Shown here piece after piece: positions 50,822 through 64,000 of a stretch of DNA of 64,000 nt. The notes beneath the pieces are model-generated. The model was given only the letters and a program-made list of their open reading frames with translations. It was not told the DNA's origin and did no database searches. Both the position numbers and the translations under genes were made by a program. The stretch's first letter is position 1. Every line of letters starts with the position of its first letter. The DNA is from Octopus vulgaris (lineage: Eukaryota): assembly GCA_951406725.2 (NCBI GenBank), contig OX597816.1:55738001-55802000 (forward strand), in the 5' to 3' direction.

Positions 50822-50953
50822 CAGGTTAAAAAAAATTTAGAAATTCTTACTGTGGCCTAGCGTGCAGAAAAATTAGTCAATAGACAATGTATTCTTCATA
50901 TAAATACAGTGTACTTTTAAATGGTTAGCTCTTATGCGTTTAAACTTTCACTG

Positions 50954-51091
<138 letters not shown>

Positions 51092-51944
51092 TGTGTCTGT
51101 GTGTGTGTCTGTGTGTCTGTGTGTCTGTGTGTGTATGGCAATAGCGGATATGTTTTATAATTCGGATAACCTGATATAAGTGAGTCGCTGGAAAAAGGAA
51201 ATTTAATGACAATCTCCTGCATTAATCTAAGGACACAAACTTTCATCTACTCCATAAGTAGCACCGAAAATGTGCGTTTAGGAAAACTAATTCGTTTTTT
51301 GTTTTGTTTGATTTTTCTTTTCAGAACGGCATATGTAGTATCAAAAAAATCCATGTCGCAATTCAGCATTACTAAAAGTTAATTCTGGTCCATTCTACAG
51401 AGAACCTGAGACAGCGAACTGGTGGAGAGCAAAGCCAAATGACTGATCTGAATCAGCAGTGCTTGAAGAATTTCCTGTCAGTGTGTTGAGATGGCATTTA
51501 ATTTGGTAGGGAGGCAAGTATTATTGCACAACATGGTAAACAATCTCCCCTTGAAGAGAATTACCAACAAAATATTGGAAAAGGTTTCTCTTATGAAAAC
51601 TGATTTATGTAGACCCGAGGGGAATCTGGAACTGAAATTATTTTTAAAGTAAACACGAATGGGATAAGTTAGTAAGTTGTAAGTCGGAGACGAAGAATTT
51701 TAACCATCAGGACTGAGTCTATTTATGAGAAGAGAAAGAGATTTCTCAATTGAGGTGATTAGAGAGTATTGGGAATACATATCCATACACACATGCACAC
51801 ACACACACATACACACTCAAATAAACGCACACATGGACGTGTTTTTATTTGTTCATATAAAGGTATATATAAGGGTGAAAACTATTGAAAAGGTTGCAAG
51901 ACGAAATTTTAGAAAAATAAAGAAAGAAATAAGTGGAATGTTTT

Positions 51945-52065
51945 TCCGGTGAGTGTGTTAAATTATAAGGCACTAAAGGAGAACGACTCGCCCCAGACGA
52001 CAGTATCTGCTTCAACACACGAACTCATATAAAGAATCTTGCAAACCAAATCCCAAAACGAAATA
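51945..52065 (-). repeat. Unclassified short interspersed repeat (second copy at ~1935-1992, + strand)
   Basis: GTCTGGGG.GAGTC.TTC.C..TTAGT.CCTTAT.ATTTAACAC.CTCAC is shared by both loci, each next to (TA)-rich microsatellites. Confidence 0.6.
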
Positions 52066-52151
52066 TATATATACATACATACATATATACATACATACAT
52101 ATATACATATATACATACATACATATATACATACATATATACATACATATC

Positions 52152-52271
<120 letters not shown>

Positions 52272-53751
52272 TTGATTGCTAACACCAGAAAAGCAGCATC
52301 AAAACAAATAACCAAAACATAAGAATGAGAAACCCATCCCATTTTCATAACAAAACACCAGTCTAAGCAACCACAGGAAATATATCTTGCAAGCAATGTT
52401 ATACAAGAATTTCATTGAAATAACACTGGCCATACAACCACATTTTTTTCTATCATTGACCAAACGTTTACAAGGAAACGCCAGCTCTCATTATAAACCT
52501 GAACGCAGAATTATATACATAGTAGAAATAAAAGAAATCCTCAGTCGTTCGCAGTACAATGTTGTACACAATTTTACAGAAGGCCTGAAAAATGATGATG
52601 AAATCTTTACTTACGCCAAGAAACAAAACTAAAATCGATGCACAGATAACTCAGCTGTAAAATATATTATGAAATGTTAATACTACTTAAACTTAGAATA
52701 TTTTTATATCCGACGTTCACAATTGTATCAGTTTTTATATTATTGCCATGATCCTTTGAGACTTATACAACACGTGGAAACAACAAGAACGTTATTACCT
52801 TCAGTTCAATGTTTTTGTGATAATAAATAAATGGCGGTGTCCTTAGACAAAAAAAAATATAATAAGTTGTCTGCAAATGAAAAGGAACCACTTAGAGCAG
52901 GATTTGTAATTTATTTTATTTCGTTAACTCATAACTTACAAGATATATGATGCCAAGTATAGTTGTTTCTCATTTTCTCGGTTTCACTTGTTTTTATTAA
53001 TCATCAAGCAGTGATTAATATCATCACAAAGTTGAACAAATTAGATTATTGCTGAGTGAAAAGAGATGTAGCGAGATGTAGAATGATGGTAAGTCGGCTA
53101 AGATGGCGGCTAGAGAGAAGTTATAAAATATAAAAGTGCTACATTTAGAAGGGAGACAGTTCAATGGGTGTCACTGTATTGGGCGAGAATTGTATTAAAA
53201 AGACACTGGATTTGAATTCAGAAGGAAGACATATAATTTACAAGTTACAGATAATGACGCAGGAGTCAGAGTTATTGCAGTAGAGATGAGACGAGAACCT
53301 TGTAAACGAAAAACGCAAAGCTCATTTGTTTAAAGTCATTTAACTGACCCAAAATACTGTGAAACGTTTATAAAGATGCAAGAAAAACTATCACAAGTAG
53401 GGAAAAGAAATGAGAGGATCGAATCACAGTATTCAAAGTTGCAAGAAAGATGCTAGAAAATTCAATTAATTTCAAAGCTTGGATACAAATATCAAAACGT
53501 AGACAAACATGGATGCACACGAATTCACACATTCCACATCTTACAAATAATTTTATCAAATCTATGCATAACCACGTTATATTAGATAATGGATCGTTGA
53601 TAAATACTGAGACAAACTTCATTTCAACTTCATTGAATTTCCATACGGAGGTTCAAGATAAATTAAAGTCGTGATTTATTAATTAGAGTTACTGTAAGCC
53701 GTTGTATGTAACATGTGCTCCTGCATATAAATAAGCTTTTAGTGTTTGGGC

Positions 53752-53803
<52 letters not shown>

Positions 53804-53875
53804 ATGGATAGACATACAGACAGATAGATATGGCAGGTAGGTAGGTAGATAGATAGATAGATAGATAGATAGATT

Positions 53876-53942
<67 letters not shown>

Positions 53943-54374
53943 GGATGGATGGGTGGATGAATGGATGGATGGAGGGATGGATGGATAGTTATGCAATATA
54001 TGCATCTATTGAAATCGTCATTATTGAGAAGGGAATGTGGTTTGGTACTTTGTATCAATAACCTTCACTTCGATAGTCAAGACCTTATAATTTTACTTGA
54101 ATCATTAAACACAATTAATAATGCCTTTTACTTTCTTAGGGCTGCCTTCGCATTATGCTTTCAAATTCGAAAATTTCCTATCAGTCACCAACCCATTGTA
54201 TGTTATAACTACATTACAATAACTCTTTACATGACATATTTGACACATATGTATACATCTACACATATACCTACCTACATACATATACACACACACACAC
54301 ACTCATACACACATGGATGGATGGATGGATGGATGAATGGATGGATGTATTTATTTATTTATTTATTTATTAAT

Positions 54375-54550
54375 TTAGGGGAAGGGACGAGTCGATTACA
54401 TGAATCCCAGTAATCAACTGAAACTTAATTTATCGACCCCAAAAAGATAAAAAGCAAAGTGAACCTCTGCCGAATTTGAACTCAGAACGTAGCGGCAAAC
54501 GAAATACCGCTAAGCATTTCGGCCGGTGTGCTAACGATTCTGCTAGCTCA
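54375..54550 (-). mobile_element. SINE family B copy
   Basis: TTTATCGACCCC..GCAAAGT..GAATTTGAACTCAGAACGTA..GTGCTAACGATTCTGC. Confidence 0.8.
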
Positions 54551-54705
54551 CAGACGAAAATAGTTTAGTAATGTGGCATATAACACCTCGACGGAAAAAG
54601 TAGGTTTTCCCGTACGCGTGGGACTCGAAACCACACTTCTTTGTCATCGCGATATAAATCGACGCTGCTTAATAAAAACCATCGCAGTAAAAGCATATAT
54701 ATATA

Positions 54706-54990
54706 TCACGTGACCGACCAGGCTATCAGATGTTGCTACACATCGCTGGTCACAATGCGCTTCGCATTGTTTTAGCCTTCAATTACGCCACCCCGCTGGC
54801 TAAGCGAGCAGGCCAACAGAAAAAAGAGCAAGAGAAAGTTGTGGCGAAAGAGTACAGCAGGGGTCACCACCAGCCCCTGCCGGAGCCTCAGGTGTTTTTG
54901 CTCAATAAACACTCACAAAGCCCAGTCTGGGAATCGAAACCGCGATCCTACGATCGCGAGTCCGCTGCCCTAACCACTGGGCCATTGCGC

Positions 54991-54992
<2 letters not shown>
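54706..54992 (-). mobile_element. SINE family A, tail type 2
   Basis: Homologous along its length to 4168-4476. Confidence 0.85.
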
Positions 54993-55034
<42 letters not shown>

Positions 55035-55275
55035 TAAGAACAAACTTACTTAGAAATGGATGCGTGGGTTCTGTCGTATAATAACAAATTAATAAATAAA
55101 ACATATGCATATATACATAAATATATGTACGTACCTACATCTACATGTATATATACATGCATATATACATATATACACACATACATATGCATACATATAT
55201 ATACATATACATACATACATATATATTTATATATATACATACACACATACATACATACATACATACATACATACA

Positions 55276-55311
<36 letters not shown>

Positions 55312-55329
55312 TTAAGTATATCATTATAA

Positions 55330-57007
55330 AAATATTATTATAATTAAGGACGCAAAATGTAGATGTCAAATATCTAAAAAATAAATATAAATTTATTCTC
55401 TTTTTAACAAAAGGTTGAATGCCCTGGTACTTTTTAGCCTTAAGCTGTTTCTGATGAGTTCTCAGGAAGTGTAACCAATCTTCTATCTTTACATATTGTT
55501 CTGCTGTATATTGTTGCATCAAACGCCTACGTTTCATTATGCCATTGAACTCGTCCTTTGTTACTTAACACCGATATGAATAAAAGTCACATTCAGTAAT
55601 GTTTTTACTTCGGTCATTGTCTTTCAAGAACAATTTCCAGCCATCTTCCCCATAAGGAAACAGAAGTACATAATGGAGAGGGTCATAGCTTCTGTGGATT
55701 TCACTAATGTAGTCTAACTACGCATTGCTGTCTCTACACTGCACAACAACATCTGCAGGCTTATTGTTTGGATTATTGGTATCATCTCCCACTATGATCA
55801 CAGCAACTTCTGATGCAGTTGATGGATTACAGGTTCTCCCATGTGACCCAGCAGGTATAAGCCGTATCTCATTACTTATAATAATATCACCGGTAGAACA
55901 TTTTCCTGGGGCAGATTATTCCTTAATTATATCAATAGCCTGTTTAAAACTTTTGACATATAGATTGTGCATATGCAGTGCCCTCTACAAGCCTAGCAGG
56001 ATGTTCTCGTTAAGGTCACTGTCAGCTCCTCTGAATGACAACCTGTGTCAACGAAATATGGCTGAGCGTAGACTGGATTTCTATTTACTGCTGGTAGGAG
56101 AATTCCTATGCAGTGGTACAACTTTCCTTGAATATTGAAAGTGGGCATAAAAGTGCTACCACTCAGTGGTCCAACTGCTAGATTATCCAGCCCAAGTGAA
56201 GCCATATCCAGTAAATTATTTTGTTCATAAACATTTGCCCGGATAGATAAACACCATAGTACTTAGCTATTAATTCTTGGAGGTTTTGTGTATGTGGAAC
56301 TTTGTCATTACGAATTTTTCCTTTCCCACAGTAGAGGGAAGTTTTCTCAGCACTCCAAAGGAAAGCTTTGCAGTCAGGGGATGTTCTGTTAAAGATATTT
56401 CCACAGTAGTGCAACATCAGACTTGGGTTTCGTTCTTTCTCATGAAAATCTGCCACATCAACTTCCAAAGTCATTCTTTCAGAGTTAGTTCTTTGCCGAC
56501 GAAATCCTGATTTGTATCGTGCCTGGTTGTTTGACTGTCGCTGCTTAATTTGTGACAGCGATGTGTTTTCCTTGGAGTCCTGTTTCCTCAGCTGATAAGT
56601 ATTTGTCCGTGCTTCTGTTTCTTGTGGTGTTTCCATTGCACGGATTTTCTGTGTTCTCAGCCGATTCGCATTTCTCTCTACTTCTGTTTTTTTTCCTGGT
56701 CTTTCCACTGCATGGGTTTCTTGTGTTTTCCTCCGATTCGCATTCCTTCCTACTTCTGAATCTTCTGGTTTTTCTATTGCACGGTATTCCTGTCTCCTCA
56801 GCAGATCTGCATTTCTCCGTGCCTGTTGCTTCTGGCGTTTCCATTGCACGGGTTTCTTGTATTCTCCTTCACTTTATGTCGAGACACTGCTAAGAGCTAG
56901 GTCCCTTGTCTGTTTTCTTCAATTAGCATCTGTTGTCTTTGCTCCGCGATCTTTTGTGAACGGGAGTTTTTTCGGGATAGGTTGTTGCTCTTTCTTCTTC
57001 TGGGCAT
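55330..57007 (-). pseudogene. Helitron Rep/helicase N-terminal region, decayed and 3'-truncated
   Basis: Starts MPRRRKSNNLSR (ATG at 57007) followed by ~24-aa RAxETPxE repeats; PTFNIQGKLYHCIGILLP..YAQPYFVD; IHRSYDPLHYVLLFPYGEDGW; RRLMQQY..KIE..FLRTHQKQLKAKKYQG. Confidence 0.88.
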
Positions 57008-57376
57008 AGTGTACTGTTGAAAGCGTGAATAGTTATGACAATTATATAGAGAAGGTTTTGAGACGATTTAGCAAGTATTTGAGCCAATTTCTCCCCATAT
57101 GGGGCATATACTGGATTGCCTCGTGTATATGTATTTAATCTAAGGTGTACCTGCTTAAGAAGACTTCGCCTAGCAAATTATTCTATTTGCTAAAAAAGTC
57201 CGAAACCATTGGTCCAGCAGTTAGATGGTAAATGTTCTTAAATTTCATTCCCTTCGGAATTCTATCCCTAATAGTGGTTTGGAATTTAACTATCCTCTCT
57301 AACGTGCAAGGAGCCCTATGAAGGATTCTTCTTGTGTTTAAATGTACACTGTATTTATATGAATTATACATATATA

Positions 57377-58698
57377 CTAGCAGAGATACTCGGCGTTGCC
57401 CGGTTACATTCAATTGAAGAATTAGACTTTTCTGTTATATTTTCTGTAATGAACTGGAATATCTATGTTTCGAATTTCATCAAAATTGCATATGAGGGTT
57501 ATTTTCCTCTTTACACACTCTAAAAAATTGTAATCGTGCCACATGTATCCCATACGACTGATTTTTATGCGCATATTCCAAGAGTCCAGTCTTATTGAAC
57601 CTGTTAAAAAGATTTTGCTCCTGAAAAATGAAGGTCATGGAGCTCTAAAATGTGAGAGTTAAGGCGGCATCTTAATGTCAACCAGAGAAGTTGAATTGTT
57701 GAAAATCTTTTTAACTTGGGTCTTATATCTATTGTTTGAATTTCTTTGAAAGAAGAAATATATGTTCACTGAGTTTGTAAAAGAGAGCAATGCTACAGGA
57801 AACCAAAAGACGAATGATCACAATAAGCAGTCAATTACCCTACCCTAGTCGTTACCACTACTAATGTAGGATTCCTCACCATCCAGGTGACAGGCACAGC
57901 CTTAAGATGCATTACGAATCTATAACAATTGGAAGGGCCTCACCCAACTGAAATCAACATTAATAAATGTGTGACGTGAGGGCTAAGGATAAATTATAGT
58001 GTCACCTCTGGAGTTTGCAAATGACCCCTATACTGATACGTAACTGGACAGAATAAATTTAAAATCTATAAATGTCCTTGAATAACCAGTCGCTCATCTA
58101 GGAAGGCCTTGAAATCAACGTTACCATCTGAGGACTATGTGTGACCGAGTGATAATAAAAAGACTGATAGGAGGTCTGCAATCAAATAACTTTACTCAAC
58201 ACTTTGCAACTGAATCAGTGGAAGCAAAGATGCCTCTCATTTACTTGACAGTTTATGCACCACATTGCATAAATCACAATGTAAATGTATGTCAAAGCAA
58301 ACTGTTACACTGTTGTACCATTGAATTAGAAATAATACCCAATTTTTATGCTCGGGTAACCCTACAGCTTCCAAGAGCACAACTGGATTCGTTATTGCTT
58401 AGATAAGATGACAAAATTGTTGGTGTAAAGTCCCCATGGAGGGGTCTTTCTAACTTTGGAAGAAGATGTAATTTTATAAATATTATTTCATTTGTGTCTA
58501 ATATCTATGGTTAAAATTTCATCAACAGCAAAAATATATGAATTGTCATGGGGGTTATGGCCCTTATGTATAAAATATAATTTCCAAATTTCGTAAAGAT
58601 CCATTCAGTACTTTTGCCCTAGTTTTGGATCATAAAAGAAATTACTAAAATTTGGGAGTTAAGGCTCCCATTAGGGTGTTTTATATATATATATATAA

Positions 58699-58700
<2 letters not shown>
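57377..58700 (-). mobile_element. Non-autonomous Helitron-like element
   Basis: Minus strand ends in hairpin CCGGGCAACGCCGA, then GTATCTCTG-CTAG|T (CTAG at 57377-57380). Subterminal AAAAGTACTGAATGGATCTTTACGAAATTT near 58590-58615 resembles Helitron 5' regions. 5' boundary approximate. Confidence 0.6.
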
Positions 58701-58795
<95 letters not shown>

Positions 58796-59041
58796 TACAC
58801 ACATACACACATACAAAGATAAATTGATAGATACAAATGAGTGGGCAAACAAAAATATGAAACACAGCCTAGTGCTTTTTTATGTTAATAAGCCTAGTAC
58901 TCATTCTATTAGTTTGTTCTTGTGAAACCAGCAAGTTATGTGAATGTAAAAAATGAACAGCAATTGTTAAGCAGTGATGAGGGCGAAACACAGAGACAAA
59001 AACACACACATAGACTTGCATATATACATACATATATATAC

Positions 59042-59630
59042 GTATATTCAAAGGACAAGACCGCTAGGTAGTCGGCCGTATGCTAGAAATAGATCACCAA
59101 CGATCAAACTACAAATAATGTTCTCTAGAGGAAATTTCAACACCAGAACAATTAGGCGGGCAAGACAGATGAAAATTATGTAAAAAAAAAAACAGAATTA
59201 ATCACATACCGGCGGTTTCAACTATTAACAAAATAATTACTTACATAATCAAAATGTCCGTAGTTTCGTCAGTGCGATCGTTCTGACAAATGTAATTTGA
59301 AAGACTAACCCCAGCTTTCTGTGCCAAAACAGACATGTGTTTAGTTTTACCGATTACATTAGGGATAATGTCTTAATTCTGGCGCACTAAAAATTCCGGA
59401 AGCGAAGAACTACAGTAAATAATTTACTGCGGTTAGTGCTGCCTATTAGAGAACATATTTATTTTAATTAAATAATGAGGGAGATAAATTAATATTAATT
59501 CAAAATCAGTTGCCTAGCATACAAAATCTGAAAGATCAGAGAAAATTCTAATACATTTGTATATTCAAAGGGCAAGACCGCTAGGTAGTCGGCCGTATGC
59601 TAGAAATAGATCACCAACGATCAAACTACA
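59042..59630 (-). mobile_element. HHR-bearing element, family 2, 517-bp unit plus ~70-bp partial tandem
   Basis: 59042-59113 is repeated at 59559-59630; contains an intact hammerhead; homologous to 28929-29395. Confidence 0.85.
59201..59278 (-). ncRNA. Type I hammerhead ribozyme, extended helix II region
   Basis: Minus strand: ATCGCA-CTGACGA-AACTA-(36 nt)-TAGTT-GAA-ACC GCC GGT-A-TGTGAT; intact core; GUA triplet. Confidence 0.88.
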
Positions 59631-59676
59631 TATACGATTGATTTGTTTCAGTTCCTGTCTACGAAATCCATATATA

Positions 59677-59890
59677 TTGTTGTTGGCATACCTTTTCGTC
59701 TCGGGAGACAATGGAGTTGTGCATAAAATAATCTAGTCCGGCTTTTACATTTCATGTCGTAATACATCTCCTGCTGTGGCTGTGTAGTCCTATCCTGGAC
59801 AAACACTCCCTCTGGCAGGTGCCGCAAATGTAGCGAGGACTTTGCCTGGCTGGTTGTAATGTCATACTTTCTTGTTGACGTCTTTTCTTG
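59677..59890 (-). mobile_element. RTE-clade LINE extreme 3' end
   Basis: Minus strand reads RYICGTCQRECLSRIGLHSHSRRC (zinc knuckle), then a short UTR and (CAA)n. Confidence 0.75.
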
Positions 59891-59949
59891 TCTTTCCATT
59901 TCTCCTCTCTCTCTCTATGTCACTCCTTTGTGTTCCTTCGTTTACGGTA

Positions 59950-60450
59950 CGTGGCCAATCTCCACGGTTGCTGGCAATTAGCGGGAACCGTCCTCATTGT
60001 TTGAGATGCAAACAGGGAGGAGGTGGGGACAGATTTTGGGCTGTCATCATTGGTTGTATGATGGTCAGGCCATAGAAAGCTCCAGATGACATTAAGATGA
60101 TATCAAAACCACGTTACCTTCTTAGATGACAATTTCTAACCGTAGTTCAAAAAGCAAAAACTTTCGTTCAAGAGAAAGCTGGTCTTCTGGCAAGAAGAAT
60201 TTTAAGGAATACGTGCAGCAAATAGACTTCTCTGGAGGTCTTTTGATGGAGTGGCCACCTTGTTTCCCTGACTTAATCCCGATCGAAAGCGTATGGAGTG
60301 TTCTGAAGCGGCGCGTTTACCAAGATGGACGGCAGTTTTCTAGTAAAGTTACGATGTTATTGTAGATGCTGCTCAAATCATAACTCAAGAGGATATCATC
60401 ATCTAGACAGGGAAGGTTATTGTATACGAAGGATCATAATCAAAGATTAG
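59950..60450 (+). mobile_element. Tc1-like transposase remnant
   Basis: QGGGG..FWAVI and MEWPPCFPDLIPIESVWSVLKRRVY, matching the WPxxSPDLNPIE motif. Confidence 0.8.
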
Positions 60451-60909
60451 GATCTGTATGACATCATAATCCCATGATTATTTTCATTCGAATGTTTTAT
60501 GCTTACCATTAAATCCTTTATGAATGATTTCTTTTTTGTTAAACCTTTATTGTTGAATTAAATAAATGTTTGTTCCGACACAATTATCGATTTTATTATA
60601 CTTGCCTAATAATTCGTGTCGGTGAAAACGTTGCCTAATCACAAAAACTGGCCACCATTTAATTTTAACAGAAGTGCACAGATAGATGTTGCCAACAGTC
60701 AGTGAGAACAACAACTGGTTTTGAACGAATATACATTTATTTAATGGGAGAAGGTTGATTTGCAGTGTATATATAATTTCATCTTTGTTAGCACTGTTTT
60801 GAGAGGCCAGTCTCAGGGAAACTTTTAAGTAAATAACTAAACTCAATAAAAGATAGTACGTAGACAGACATACTTGCGCATAACAGACACAAACACGCAA
60901 TGATATATA

Positions 60910-60973
<64 letters not shown>

Positions 60974-60979
60974 TGTATG

Positions 60980-61014
<35 letters not shown>

Positions 61015-61052
61015 GTATTATGTGTATGTATGTATGTGTTTGTATATGTATG

Positions 61053-61107
<55 letters not shown>

Positions 61108-62459
61108 CTTTCTGTATGTATGTGTATATATTTAAAAATATATACGTATATCATCTATTATGTATGCTTATGTTCATATATATTTCATTCCGCTTGTCTG
61201 TTTATTAGTGAATATATCACTAAGTGTCAACATCAATGAAACCTGAAATATTTCACTAATGTTCACGCAGACATTTCGTCACTGTATTCTAAAAGAAATA
61301 CGACTTCAGTCAACTAGAGTGAGATAGCGACAGAGATGTAAATATAAGTATGTAGAATCAGGAAAATCTCATTGAATTTTAATTAAAAAGTATTTTTCTG
61401 GAATGTAAGTTATTTATAACTCGTCTGAGCGTCAAAAAATGTCTACAGTTTTGATGTTATATAATGCTTTTCTAAATATTAACCATTTTAAAATCTTGTA
61501 TTAGACTTTGATAACAGAATAGAGTGATTGGAACGTTTCTGATCACACTAAAAATATCACATGTTCTCCTTTATATCATTTTGTTGGGTTACTGTAAAAT
61601 ATGATTATAGAAAAGTTCTGTCGTGAAACGCAATAAGAATTGCAGTCATGTAAATTATTCCAATGCTTTTTTATCTACGGAATGTATACGAGCATTGATT
61701 TATCTGGTAAGTATATGCTTGGAAACATTTTCTTTCCATAAAAAATAAACACATCATTTGCGGCCCCCTTCTGCACCAATGATATTGTAGTATGAGCTAT
61801 ATTTCAGACACGCACAACATGACTGAGCTGTTTTAGCAGTTCTACACTTTTAAAACACTTTAGAAAATGCAGGAAAAGTGTAGGGTTCCATTTCTCTTAT
61901 ATAGTATCTTAAGCAGCGAGAAATAGAACCTATATGGTATATTAGTATAAGACAATTATTCTTAAATAATTCTGTCAAATTTTAAATCTGTATATTGGCG
62001 AGTGTATGGTAAACGAAAATTACATTTAATTTTTTATTACCAGGACTAATTATATATCAGGTTAGTCGCTGAATATTCAGAAAAACTAATAAAAATAGCA
62101 ATAAATTAATTAATGTAAATTTTATAGATTGCTTTAGACAATAAATTATATCTTCTCATATTAATAACAAAGGTCAGATTTTCTCTTGAAAAATCAAACA
62201 TTAGAAAATAATAATAGTTTATTTATAATTATATTATTTATGAGATTGGTTTTCAATCTTATCACCCAACATTATATTACTCGTCGAACACAGTGTATTT
62301 CATTGAAAGTGAAATAGTGTGTTACACGAAATTCTACTGTTTTAATTTATTATGTCGACAGACAATATCATCACATACTTTCGTGGGATGTCATCTGTTT
62401 AACTTCAAATATAAGCGATTACTAATTCTTAGACTAGAATGTTTACCAACATTGGTACA

Positions 62460-63292
62460 TACGAGGGGGTTACTGAAACGGTTTTAAGGTTATCCTGAAA
62501 GTCATAACTTAGACTTTGCGGATCTACCACATTTTGTAGATAAGAGAGCTTTCCGCAAAATGGTGCGGAAACAGCTGAACGTAGATCAGAGGTATATCAG
62601 AATGACGACATCAAAGGTGATCTTGGATCAATTGAAGCGGATGAGGTTGATTTTATGACTCTTTTAATCGCCATGGATGAAGCTTGGCTTCATCATTATG
62701 GTCCTCAGACCAGACAGAAATCAATGAAGTGATGCCACTGCGCTTCACCACGTTCCAAAAGCTTTCGGACCCAGAAGTCAACTGGACAGATTCTGGTTTC
62801 AGTGCTCTTGGAAAAAGACGGAGTACTCCTCATATAATGTCTGCCAAAGGATGGCACCAAAAATGCAGAATACTAGATGTCTCTGTTGGACGAACTGCGT
62901 GGAAGTTTGAAGCAAGAACGCCGTGGAAAGGTTGGCCGGGGTGCTTTTGCAGGACAATGAACCAGCACACACTGAACATGAATCTCTATTGAAAATACAT
63001 GACTTTAGCTTTGAATTGGTAGACCACTCATCTAACCCTCCTGATTTGTCCCTCCCCACCCGCACGGATGTCACCTCCTTCCACCCCTGAAGAAACACCT
63101 CATGGGAAAAAGTGATCGCTGCTACAGACGCCTGGTTGGAGGACCAAGCTTCCAAGTTCTTTTTACAGGGCTTAGAAAAACTGAATGACCGCTGCAATAA
63201 GTGTGTGAATCTGAGAGGGGAATATGTTGAATAAAACTAACTGATCTTCCTGTATTTTACCCATAGCCAGGAACTTTTCAGCACGCCCTCAT
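62460..63292 (+). mobile_element. Internally deleted mariner element with TIRs
   Basis: Left end TACGAGGGGGTTACTGAAA and right end TTTCAGCACGCCCTCATA are imperfect inverted repeats bounded by TA; MDEAWLHHY and HSSNPPDLSP motifs in shifted frames. Confidence 0.85.
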
Positions 63293-64000
63293 ACTAGTCA
63301 TTGTTTCTAGTATGTTCAATGAACTTTCTCATCACTAAATATTTAGGTGTTGATCGGAAAATCGCTGAATTCACACACAAAAACTAAAAAGAATTGACAA
63401 AAGTGATATGTGTTCAAACATTTTTTTTCTTATCCTTAAAACAATACGACAAATAGTCCTTGTGTAATGAGTTTCCGTCCTATATTGGGATAAAACTACT
63501 TCTAATTTCTTTGAAACGTTGTATTTAAGGAAGAACATTTAAGGAAGTAGGCTGCAAATATTTTCTATCAAATGTTTAATATTTTATAGTCTACTGATAA
63601 GAATCTATTCCATTTACATTGTTTGGAGTATTGAACAACACAAGATGCAATCGCAGATATATATGATTGCTTTATGACAAAGAAGGCTCTTAGTATAAAA
63701 AGTATAGTTTGTCTTTTGGTAAAATCACAATTTATTTGCGTTAGTAATGTTTATGAACATTAATATCCCAGAGAAAAGTCAGATTTTGGTTACAGAGAGG
63801 TCGAAATCAGAAACTACAGTTATAATATCTTCTGATTATGATAAACGACTATTCGGAAACACTAATCGTAGTCTGTATCCGAACGAGTCAATGAAATGCT
63901 GCAAACTATTCATCAGCCATTCGTGTCAATTATTTCGTTATTGATTAAGTCTAAATTAGTTTTCTTTCGTCTGTCCACGCAATGTTTTAAAGGCATCGTA

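Noticed and set aside
53961-54413. 150-aa ORF
   Set aside because: Both ends are microsatellite-derived and the middle has no recognisable domain or splice support.
56178-56849. 223-aa charged ORF as a possible host coiled-coil protein
   Set aside because: Lies in register with Helitron Rep motifs and is the frameshifted N-terminal repeat region of that element.

Overview
AT-rich, microsatellite-dense animal DNA made almost entirely of transposon debris. The repeat families look like those of octopus/cephalopod genomes (inference). No intact protein-coding gene is evident, and most ORFs in the track are microsatellite read-throughs or decayed transposon fragments. Recognisable remnants include RTE, R4/Dong-like, CR1/L2-like and Tx1-like LINEs, three tRNA-derived SINE families, mariner/Tc1 transposons, Helitrons and two Penelope-like GIY-YIG fragments. 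The stand-out feature is a set of small non-coding elements carrying type I hammerhead ribozymes (HHR). The largest is a 2.8 kb array (45096-47882) of ~586-bp units, ~3.8 in tandem plus one inverted head-to-head, inserted in (TA)n, each unit with an intact HHR whose helix II is unusually long (~60 nt). A diverged copy shows compensatory base changes. At least four other HHR-bearing families occur, one as circularly permuted copies. This pattern fits retrozyme-like or non-autonomous Penelope-type RNAs copied from circular or multimeric templates. All structures were folded by eye, and boundaries of decayed elements are approximate.
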